Assembly (NCBI GenBank): GCA_026397915.1
Contig: JAPLTX010000044.1
Location: 22,779-86,778, forward strand
Source of the DNA: Verrucomicrobiota bacterium
GTDB lineage: Bacteria > Verrucomicrobiota > Verrucomicrobiia > CAIQCK01
Length of the DNA stretch: 64,000 bases
Direction: 5' to 3'
Shown here: one piece after another, positions 28,396 to 36,724 of the stretch
Layout of the letters: every line of letters begins with the position of its first letter
Position numbering within the stretch: the first letter of the stretch is position 1
The notes under the pieces: generated by a model
Database searches by the model: none
Seen by the model: the letters and a program-made list of their open reading frames with translations, nothing else
Told to the model about the DNA's origin: nothing
Position numbers and translations under genes: made by a program

Positions 28396-31300
28396 CCAAT
28401 CTCGAAGGCAAACCGTTCGCCGGTTACGAGGTCGTCGCCAAACTTGGCGACGGCGACTTGGGCGCTGTCTATAAGGCCCGCCAGCCGAAGCCTGACCGGG
28501 TCGTCGTGCTCAAACTTCTCGAACCGCGTCTCGCGGGCGATGCGGAATTCCTCAAGCGTTTCAAGCGCGAGGCGGCGGCCGCCGCGGATCTCGGCCACCC
28601 AAACCTCATGCAGGTGTATGGCGCCGGCGAACACCAAGGCATCCACTACGTGGCCACGGAGTTTGCCGAGGGTGACACGTTGGGCAAGCGGCTCGCGCGG
28701 CGCGGCCGGTTGGAACCGCGCGAAGCCCTGGCCATCACGTTTTACGTGGTGCGTGCGCTGCTCTACGCATGGAGCAAGGCGAAACTCGCTCATCTCAATA
28801 TCCGGCCGGAGAGCATCTTCTTGCGGAAGGCCGGCGATGTGAAGCTGGATGGTCTTGGCATGGCAAAGCCGGCGGCCACAGCGGCGTCAAGGTTGCCGCA
28901 CTACACTAGTCCGGAACAGGCGCAGGCGGCGGGCGAGATTGATTTCCGTGCCGACATCTACAGCCTTGGTTGCGTCCTCTATCACATGCTCGCCGGCAAG
29001 ACGCCTTACGAGGGCGACAACGCGAAGGCGCTGTTGGCGAAGCGCGTCAGCGAGCCGCCGCCGGACATCACCAAAGTCTGGCCGACATGCCCAGCTTCGT
29101 TGGGCCGGTTGTTGGGGAGAATGATGGCCAGGCAGACTGCCGACCGGCACCGCAACTATGACGACCTGATCAAGGAACTGCTGGAGGTGCGCGAGGAAGT
29201 CAAACAGGCAACGCGGCAACGAACCGCGATCCCGGCGAAAAGCGAAAGCCGCACTTTCGCAGGCTATACGCTCCTCGCCAAGCTGAGCCAGGACGACAGC
29301 AGCGCGGTGTATAAAGCGTATCAGCCGTCGCCAAAGCGTCTCGTTGCGCTCAAGGTGCTGGCATCGCGACTCAGCAAGAACTCCGAGTTCGTCGCCCGCT
29401 TCAAACGCGGGACCGCCGCTGCTGCCGGCCTCAATCATCCGAACATCGTGCAGGTTTACAGCGCCGGCGAGGCGGACGGCGCTTGCTACGTCGCGCTCGA
29501 ATTTGTCGAGGGCCGGACGCTGCGCCAACGGCTGGAGCGGCGCGGTCAACTGCATCCGCGCGAAGCCCTCGCCATTACGTTCTATGTGGCCCAGGCACTC
29601 GAGCACGCCTGGAACAAAGCAAAGCTGGCGCACGGCGGACTCACGCCCGACAACATCGTTCTAACCGGCTCCGGCGAGGTGAAGGTTGGCGATTTTGGCA
29701 CGGCCAAAATTCTGGAAGAAGCGCAAGGCACGGCGGCATCCGCGAAAGCGGAGGTGCCCGGCTCGCTGTATTACATGAGTCCCGAGCAAGGGCGTGGCGT
29801 GAAGGAACTCGATTGTCGCGCCGACATTTACAGCCTCGGCTGCATGCTCTACCACATACTTACCGGCAAGACGCCCTATGATGGCGATACTCCAGCGGCC
29901 ATTGCGAAGAAGCACGTGAACGATCCGCCACCGGCGATTCTCAAGGCGTGGCCGACTTGTCCGGCCATGCTCGCCCGGTTGATGGACAAAATGCTGGCCA
30001 AATCGCGCCGCGACCGGCCGCAGAGCTACGACGATCTGCTCACCGAAATGGTGAAGGTGCGCGAGGAGTTCAAGCGCGTGAAAGTTGCTCCCCCGGCAGC
30101 GCCGGGCGCGACAGCACCCATCCCTGCCGAGCCATCAAAAGCCAAACAGACTGAAAACGAGAGCGCCGCCGAACCGGTCGCTTGGAACCGGTCGCCGATC
30201 TTCATTGGTGCTGGAATCGCCGCGGTGGTTTTGCTGGGAGGCTTGCTCGTCTGGGCGCCTTGGAAGAAACCTGCGATCCAGTCTTCGCCGCAGGAAGAGC
30301 AGCGTGTTGATGATTCCTCTCCGCGCGTCACGCCGTTCGCGCAAACTCCGACACCGCGCCGCGAGGTTGCGCGCGCCACGATCAGATCGGATACGACGAC
30401 GGCCTATACTCCGCCAGCTTCCAAACCATGGCAGCCTGAGCCGAAGCCTATGACGACTCCCATCGCGCCACCGGAGCCGCCGCCAGCTCCGGCAGCCGGT
30501 GACACGAAAGCGCCGGAAGCGCCAGCCGACAATCCCATGGCTCCTCGCGCGACCCTGGCCAGAGTCGGGAGCAAGGAGATTGTGCTCGATATGCCTTCAA
30601 GCGCCGTTCCCAGCGAGCAGCCGATGACCGACGAGGCGTTTGCAGCCGCAGTAGCCCCGCTGCCGCCACAGGAACAGGTTAAGAGAGTCATCGCCAGGCT
30701 TCAGGAACTCAATCCCGGTTTCAGTGGCAAGGGGAGCTACAAGATCGAAAACAATGTTGTGGCGGAACTGACAATCTCGACAACAGGCTCATTGGTTCCA
30801 ACGGTGGGCGTGACCGACATGACGCCCATAAAGACGCTGAAAAGCCTCCAGCGTCTCGTGCTCGCGCCAGCCAAACCCGGCGAGCAGGGCGCGCTGGCTG
30901 ATTTGTCGGCGCTGAGCGGCATGACGCTGACGTGGCTGTCCTGCCACGGTAACCCGCAACTTCAGGACCTGTCGCCGCTGAAAGACATGCCGCTGACCGG
31001 ACTGACTTGCGGCGGGACGCTCGTGAAAGACCTCACGCCGCTCAGTGCCATGCGCCTGGCCACCCTGGGCATCAACGACACGCCGGTCGAAGACATCTCC
31101 GCGTTGAACGGAATGCCGCTCGCGGTGTTGTGGTGCCAGAACAGCAAGGTCGCCGATCTTACTCCGCTGAAAGGCGCGCCGCTGCGTGAGCTGCGCTGCG
31201 ATTTCATGATGGTGCGCGACGGCCCCGTTCTGCGCGACATCCGAACGCTCGCCAGGATCAACGACCTGCCGGCGGCGACGTTCTGGAAGCGCGCCAACCT

Positions 31301-31880
31301 GGCCACGGCGGCACCTTCAACCGTCCTGAGCGCGGTGAAGGCGGCACCCGACTTCAAGTCGTTATTCAACGGCAAAGACATGACCGGTTGGCGGGCGCGG
31401 ACCCCGAGCCTGCCAGACGGCTGGCGCGTGCGTCGCGGCACGATGATCAACACCCCGCCCAGCTCCGATATCGTGTCGGCGCAACAGTTCGACAACTTCG
31501 AGTTCTACTGCGAATACAAAACCTCTCGTCGCTGCCATAGCGGCGTGCTCCTGCGCGGTCGCTACCGCATCCCGATTCTGAACGACGCAGGTCAGCCACC
31601 GTCCGTCACCTGTAGCGGCAGCGTTCATGAGTTGCTTGCGCCCACCAAGAATGCGAGCAAGCCGCCCGACACTTGGCAGGCGCTCTATGTGAGGCTCGTC
31701 GGCAGCACCGTGACGGTCATTCTCAACGGCAAGAAGGTGATTGACGGACGCGGGCTGGACGAATCAAGCGGCTCTTTCGGCGGAGACGTGGTCAAATCCG
31801 GCCCCATCCTTCTGATGGGTGGCAGCAGTGTCATTTTCCGGAACCTCCGCATTAAGCCGCTGCTTGCGAAAGAGAACTAG
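28392..31880 (+). CDS. Transmembrane protein with two tandem pseudokinase domains, LRR and DUF1080
   Basis: Catalytic loops HLNIRPES (28791) and HGGLTPDN (29631) lack the catalytic Asp; TM near 30200-30263; DLSPLKDMPL LRRs; C-terminal DUF1080. Confidence 0.88.
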   Translation: MTNLEGKPFAGYEVVAKLGDGDLGAVYKARQPKPDRVVVLKLLEPRLAGDAEFLKRFKREAAAAADLGHPNLMQVYGAGEHQGIHYVATEFAEGDTLGKRLARRGRLEPREALAITFYVVRALLYAWSKAKLAHLNIRPESIFLRKAGDVKLDGLGMAKPAATAASRLPHYTSPEQAQAAGEIDFRADIYSLGCVLYHMLAGKTPYEGDNAKALLAKRVSEPPPDITKVWPTCPASLGRLLGRMMARQTADRHRNYDDLIKELLEVREEVKQATRQRTAIPAKSESRTFAGYTLLAKLSQDDSSAVYKAYQPSPKRLVALKVLASRLSKNSEFVARFKRGTAAAAGLNHPNIVQVYSAGEADGACYVALEFVEGRTLRQRLERRGQLHPREALAITFYVAQALEHAWNKAKLAHGGLTPDNIVLTGSGEVKVGDFGTAKILEEAQGTAASAKAEVPGSLYYMSPEQGRGVKELDCRADIYSLGCMLYHILTGKTPYDGDTPAAIAKKHVNDPPPAILKAWPTCPAMLARLMDKMLAKSRRDRPQSYDDLLTEMVKVREEFKRVKVAPPAAPGATAPIPAEPSKAKQTENESAAEPVAWNRSPIFIGAGIAAVVLLGGLLVWAPWKKPAIQSSPQEEQRVDDSSPRVTPFAQTPTPRREVARATIRSDTTTAYTPPASKPWQPEPKPMTTPIAPPEPPPAPAAGDTKAPEAPADNPMAPRATLARVGSKEIVLDMPSSAVPSEQPMTDEAFAAAVAPLPPQEQVKRVIARLQELNPGFSGKGSYKIENNVVAELTISTTGSLVPTVGVTDMTPIKTLKSLQRLVLAPAKPGEQGALADLSALSGMTLTWLSCHGNPQLQDLSPLKDMPLTGLTCGGTLVKDLTPLSAMRLATLGINDTPVEDISALNGMPLAVLWCQNSKVADLTPLKGAPLRELRCDFMMVRDGPVLRDIRTLARINDLPAATFWKRANLATAAPSTVLSAVKAAPDFKSLFNGKDMTGWRARTPSLPDGWRVRRGTMINTPPSSDIVSAQQFDNFEFYCEYKTSRRCHSGVLLRGRYRIPILNDAGQPPSVTCSGSVHELLAPTKNASKPPDTWQALYVRLVGSTVTVILNGKKVIDGRGLDESSGSFGGDVVKSGPILLMGGSSVIFRNLRIKPLLAKEN

Positions 31881-31945
31881 ACTATCAACTGTCGCGACAT
31901 TCGCATCAAACCATCGTCCTCGAAATGAAACAAGATAGGCCAACC

Positions 31946-31973
31946 TTGACCGACCACCTTGCTTTGCTAGACT
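31946..31973 (+). promoter_or_regulatory. Putative promoter TTGACC-N16-TAGACT upstream of kinase gene 4
   Basis: Identical hexamers and spacing to 22767-22794; TGn extended -10. Confidence 0.55.
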
Positions 31974-31998
31974 GCTCGTCCCAAGAGAGCGGGCTGCC

Positions 31999-34900
31999 AT
32001 GAGTGATCTTACGGGCCAAACATTTGCCGGTTACGAAATTCTTGCCAAGCTCGGCGAAGGCGGAATGGGGGCGGTCTATAAAGCGCGCCAGCCGACGCTC
32101 AACCGTCTCGTCGCATTGAAGGTCATGGCGTCCCAGCTCAGCAGCGATTCCATGTTCGTCTCCCGCTTCAGGCGCGAGGCCAACGCCGCCGCCGCCCTCA
32201 ATCATGAGAACATCGTGCAGGTCTTTACTGCCGGCGAATCCGACGGCACCCACTACATCGCAATGGAGTTTGTCGAAGGCAAGACGCTCCGCGACCACAT
32301 TGACAGCCACGGCAAACTTGACCCGCGCGAGGCCATTGCCATTACCGTCTATGTAGCCACAGCCCTCCAATACGCCTGGAGCAAGGCCAAGCTCATTCAC
32401 CGCGACATCAAGCCGGAGAACATCTTCCTCTCCAACACCGGCGAGGTGAAAGTGGGAGACCTCGGTCTCGCGAAAACCGTCGGCGGGGCAACGACGAACC
32501 TGACGCAGACCGGCATGATGATGGGCAGCCCGCACTACATCAGTCCGGAGCAGGCACGCGGCGCCGCCGACATTGATTTCCGGACGGACATCTACAGTCT
32601 TGGCTGCACGCTTTACCACATGCTAACGGGCCGGCCGCCCTACAGTGGCAGCGATCCGCTGGTGGTCATCACCAAGCACGTCAACGATCCGCCGCCGGCG
32701 ATCTTCAAGGTCTGGTCGTCGTGCCCGGTGCCGCTGGGGATGCTGGTGGGCAAGATGCTGGCCAAGAACCGGAACGACCGTTTCGCGAGCTACGAGGAAT
32801 TGATCGCGGAGATGATCCGCGTGCGGGAGAAACTTGCGCCGGTAGTGAGCGCGCCGCCCGCCAGCGCCAGCGAGCCGACGAAGGTGGCTGCGGCAACGCC
32901 AAAGCCCGCTGTTGCAAAGACGCCAAAGCCCGCTCCGGCGGCAAAGCCGGGGTTGGCGATTCGTAATTGGAAACTGGTAATGGGTGGTGTGGCGGCGGTC
33001 GCGCTGATCGCAGGCGCGGTGTGGTGGTTTGCAGGCCGCGCATCCTCACCCGATGGTGTTGCGCTTCCTGAAGGATATAGGCCGATTTTCAACGGCAAAG
33101 ACTTGTCAGGCTGGAAAGTGCGGGACGCGGGCAAATACAACGCGTGGACCGCGCAGGATGGCGTGCTGGTCAACACTCAGGCCGGCACCGACCTCATCAC
33201 GGAGGAGCAGTTCACCGACTTCCTGTTTCACTGCGAGTTCAAGATTCCTCCCGGCGGCAACAGCGGCGTCTATCTGCGGGGGCGATACGAGATCCAAATC
33301 TACGACGACTTCGGCCAGCCGTCCGGCGGGCAGACCAGCGGCGGCATTTTCAAGGTGATTACGCCGAGCGAGAACGCGAGCAAGCCGGCGGGCGAGTGGC
33401 AATCGTTGTCCGCCGGAATTCGCGGCAAGCACGTAGAAGTGGTTCTCAACGGCAAGAAAGTCATTGATTACGGCGAGTTGACCAAGCCCACAGGCGATGC
33501 GCTCGACAAGAACGTGGATCAGCCCGGCCCGATCATGCTGCAAGGCCGCTATGGCCGCGTCGAGTTTCGCAACATTCGCACCAAGCCGCTGACCGGCCTG
33601 GCTCCTTCCGCGCCTGACGCCGTCTTCCTCCGCGAAGTCGCCGCGCTGTCGGCGGAGCAGCAAGTCAAGCGCGTCGTGGCGAAGCTGAAGGAACTGAATC
33701 CCGACTTTGATCCGTCCCAAGCGACGATTGACTCGGAAGTGAAGGACGGCCAGGTGTCCATGTTCAAGCTCCTCAGCGCCTGGAAACTGACGGACCTGTC
33801 GCCGGTCCGCGCCTTGTCAGGGCTGAAATGGCTCGAACTCGGCGAGGCGAAGGCTGCCGATCTGACACCGCTGAAAGGCTTGCGACTGGAACGCTTTTTA
33901 CTCCACCACATGGACGAAGTGAGCGACCTCTCGCCATTGCAAGGAATGCCGCTGAAATACTTGCTTCTCGAAGCCGGACGGATCACCGATTTGAACCCGC
34001 TCAAAGGGATGCCGCTGGAGACACTCCATGTCTCAAGCAGACAAGTGAGCGACGTCTCGCCGCTATCGGGCATGACGACGTTAAGAAGTCTGAGGTTACA
34101 CAACGTGTCGGTCAGCAATTTGTCGCCGCTCAAAGGCCTGGGCTTGGCCAGCCTGCACGTGGGGCAAGCGAAGGTCAGCGACCTCTCGCCGTTGCGAGAC
34201 ATGCCGTTGAAATCCCTCGAATGCGAACCCGACCTGCTCGCGCGCGAGCCGAACCGGACCATCGTGCGGTCCATCGCCACGCTCCAGACGATCAACAAGC
34301 TGCCGGCAGCGGAGTTTTGGAAACAGGTGGACGCGGGCAAACTGCCTGACGCCGCGCCGGCAAGCGCCGCACAGCCCGGCGAAACGAAGCTCCTGGACCT
34401 CGGCGGCGGCGTGAAGATGGAACTCGTGTCCATCCCTCCCGGCGAGCTCATGCTCGGCAGCACGAAGGAGGAGCAGGCGTGGGCAGTGGCCAACGGCGCG
34501 ATGGAAAACTATGTGAAGCACGAGGGAGAAGCGCCGCGTAAGGCGGTGATCAAACATGGGTTCTGGATGGGCCGGACGGAGGTGACAGTGGGCCAATGGA
34601 AGCAGTTCGTCGCCGCAACGGGATATAAGAGCGAGGCGGAAAAGAAGGGCTTCGTGGATTACGCCCTACGGAAAGGACAATCGCGGGGTCGTGTGGACGG
34701 ATTGAGTTGGCGTGACCAGGGGCTTGGCTCGCCGCCGCAAGACAATCATCCGGTGTCCTGCGTGAGTTGGAACGACGCGGTGGCGTTTTGCCAATGGGCG
34801 ACGGAGCGCGAGCGCAAAGCGGGGCGGATCGCGGCGGGCCAGATGATTCGGCTGCCGACGGAGGCGGAGTGGGAGTATGCGTGCCGTGCCGGGGCCCAGA

Positions 34901-36717
34901 CGAGATTCTGGTGGGGCGATGCGAAGGAGGACGGCAAGGGCCGGTTGAACTTGAGTGAGAAGAACGACGGGTATGAGTTCATGGCGCCGGCGGATGCGTT
35001 TGGAGCGCGAGGACGGAACGGGTTTGGGTTGGCGGACATGTTGGGCAATGTTGATGAGTGGTGTCTGGATGAATTCGATGCGACGGGGGCACACGAAGAC
35101 TTGTGGACGGGCAATCCCGGCACGCGGGTGTTGCGGGGCGGGGCATTCCGCCGCAATCTCGCCGTTGCTCGGTGTGCCTACCGCTACAGTTTCGGTCCGT
35201 CCATCTCGGATGACGAACACGGCTTTCGGGTCTGTCTCGGCCCGGACGTGCTCGGCGCTGCGCCTGCCTCCGCAACTCCGACAGACCTGCCGAAGGAAAC
35301 CTCCCTCGACCTCGGCGGCGGCGTGAAGATGGAACTCGCCCTCGTTCCAGCGGGCGAGTTCATCATGGGATCGAACGACGGCCCTGGCTACGAGAAACCC
35401 GTTCACAAGGTGCGAATCAGCGCCCCGTTCTACATGGGCAAGTATGAGGTCACCATCACTCAGTTCAAACGATTCGTCGCCGAGACGCAGTATCAGACCG
35501 AAGCGGAGAGGTTCAATAACGGCTGGATGCCCACCAATGGCAGATGGGGACCCGTGCCCGGCGTAAACTGGAGAACGCCGGTTCAATTCACCCAGGTGGA
35601 TGATCATCCGGTCTGTGTGGTGTCATGGAACGACATCCAGGAATTCTGCAAATGGGCATCGAAACAAACTGGCAGGATCGTGCGTTTGCCGACGGAAGCA
35701 CAATGGGAATACGCCTGCCGGGCCGGCACGACCACGAAGTTCAACACGACCGACAAGGACTCGGAATTGGGAGAAGCCGCTTGGTTTGCAGCGAATTCCG
35801 GTCAACGCACGCACCCGGTGGGGCAGAAGAAACCCAATGCGTGGGGACTTTATGACATGCACGGCAATCTGTATGAGATGGTGCAGGATTTCTACAGCGA
35901 CAAGTATGATGTGGAACAGTTCGTGGTTGATCCCCAAGGTTCGACCACAGGTGGCGGGCGCCAGATGCGCGGTGGTGGCTGGGGAAATAATCCGGCCAGT
36001 GTCCGTTCAGCCTGCCGCAAGAAGATCGGTCTCGATGAAGCCAGCATCGGCAATGGTTTCCGAGTCGTCACCGATGCGCTGCCAGCCACCGGCTCCGTTG
36101 CCTCAACGTCGAGCGCCACTGGCGACGCCGCGTGGCAGAACACCATCAACCTGTTGCTGTTGGTGGACCTTTCACAGGATGTGAACTCAGGCAAGTGGGA
36201 GGCCGCCCCTGATGGGCTGAAGGCTACCGACATCAAGAGCATGTCGCAAAAAATTCAGCCGCCTTACCGTCCGCCGGAGGAGTATGACTACCGCGTCAGC
36301 TTCACACCAATGTCCGGCAACGCGGATGTCGCTATCGGGTTGACAGCCAGGGGCCGATCGTTCGTTTTCTACATGAAGAAATTCGCCAACGACCACTGCC
36401 TCGGCTTCGAGGCCATCGGCGGCAAAGCGATTGCCGCCGGTCCGACGGCGCATCGTTTCCCCCATCTGGAAATGGGGAGCCGATACACCGTGGTGGTGGA
36501 GGTGCGCAAGAACGGTCTGCGCGGCTACCTCGACGACAAGCTCGTGGCCGAGTGGTCCACGGACTACAGCGACATGACCGCATGGCCCGTCTGGAAATTC
36601 AAGGACGACACGCTCCCTGGATTCGGATGCAGCCTGAGCACCGTGGTGTTCCAAGAGGTCAAGTTGCGCGAAGTCGGCGGCAAAGGCACGTTCACGCGCG
36701 GTGGGTCGAAGCCGTAG
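31999..36717 (+). CDS. Transmembrane Ser/Thr protein kinase 4: kinase-TM-DUF1080-LRR-FGE-FGE-module Y
   Basis: GEGGMG, VALK, HRDIKPEN, DLG; TM VMGGVAAVALIAGAVWWF; two RLPTEAxWEYACR domains; LRRs. Confidence 0.92.
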   Translation: MSDLTGQTFAGYEILAKLGEGGMGAVYKARQPTLNRLVALKVMASQLSSDSMFVSRFRREANAAAALNHENIVQVFTAGESDGTHYIAMEFVEGKTLRDHIDSHGKLDPREAIAITVYVATALQYAWSKAKLIHRDIKPENIFLSNTGEVKVGDLGLAKTVGGATTNLTQTGMMMGSPHYISPEQARGAADIDFRTDIYSLGCTLYHMLTGRPPYSGSDPLVVITKHVNDPPPAIFKVWSSCPVPLGMLVGKMLAKNRNDRFASYEELIAEMIRVREKLAPVVSAPPASASEPTKVAAATPKPAVAKTPKPAPAAKPGLAIRNWKLVMGGVAAVALIAGAVWWFAGRASSPDGVALPEGYRPIFNGKDLSGWKVRDAGKYNAWTAQDGVLVNTQAGTDLITEEQFTDFLFHCEFKIPPGGNSGVYLRGRYEIQIYDDFGQPSGGQTSGGIFKVITPSENASKPAGEWQSLSAGIRGKHVEVVLNGKKVIDYGELTKPTGDALDKNVDQPGPIMLQGRYGRVEFRNIRTKPLTGLAPSAPDAVFLREVAALSAEQQVKRVVAKLKELNPDFDPSQATIDSEVKDGQVSMFKLLSAWKLTDLSPVRALSGLKWLELGEAKAADLTPLKGLRLERFLLHHMDEVSDLSPLQGMPLKYLLLEAGRITDLNPLKGMPLETLHVSSRQVSDVSPLSGMTTLRSLRLHNVSVSNLSPLKGLGLASLHVGQAKVSDLSPLRDMPLKSLECEPDLLAREPNRTIVRSIATLQTINKLPAAEFWKQVDAGKLPDAAPASAAQPGETKLLDLGGGVKMELVSIPPGELMLGSTKEEQAWAVANGAMENYVKHEGEAPRKAVIKHGFWMGRTEVTVGQWKQFVAATGYKSEAEKKGFVDYALRKGQSRGRVDGLSWRDQGLGSPPQDNHPVSCVSWNDAVAFCQWATERERKAGRIAAGQMIRLPTEAEWEYACRAGAQTRFWWGDAKEDGKGRLNLSEKNDGYEFMAPADAFGARGRNGFGLADMLGNVDEWCLDEFDATGAHEDLWTGNPGTRVLRGGAFRRNLAVARCAYRYSFGPSISDDEHGFRVCLGPDVLGAAPASATPTDLPKETSLDLGGGVKMELALVPAGEFIMGSNDGPGYEKPVHKVRISAPFYMGKYEVTITQFKRFVAETQYQTEAERFNNGWMPTNGRWGPVPGVNWRTPVQFTQVDDHPVCVVSWNDIQEFCKWASKQTGRIVRLPTEAQWEYACRAGTTTKFNTTDKDSELGEAAWFAANSGQRTHPVGQKKPNAWGLYDMHGNLYEMVQDFYSDKYDVEQFVVDPQGSTTGGGRQMRGGGWGNNPASVRSACRKKIGLDEASIGNGFRVVTDALPATGSVASTSSATGDAAWQNTINLLLLVDLSQDVNSGKWEAAPDGLKATDIKSMSQKIQPPYRPPEEYDYRVSFTPMSGNADVAIGLTARGRSFVFYMKKFANDHCLGFEAIGGKAIAAGPTAHRFPHLEMGSRYTVVVEVRKNGLRGYLDDKLVAEWSTDYSDMTAWPVWKFKDDTLPGFGCSLSTVVFQEVKLREVGGKGTFTRGGSKP

Positions 36718-36724
36718 TCGCGAG

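Noticed and set aside
28380-28400. Frameshifted single triple-kinase gene
   Set aside because: The downstream ORF begins with the same MTNLEG N-terminus as the other kinase genes at an ATGA overlap, which fits translational coupling better; not fully excluded without reads.
31878-31928. Pyrrolysine or programmed TAG readthrough
   Set aside because: The extension is only 15 aa and degenerate, and no pyl genes are seen; treated as a duplication scar.
32953-32980. 7-bp periodic tract (TTGGCGA TTCGTAA TTGGAAA CTGGTAA) in kinase 4, and a similar heptamer hairpin near 40466-40510
   Set aside because: Too short and degenerate to support a functional claim.
22815-36717. Complete diversity-generating retroelement
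   Set aside because: No reverse transcriptase, Avd or adenine-rich template repeat seen in the window.
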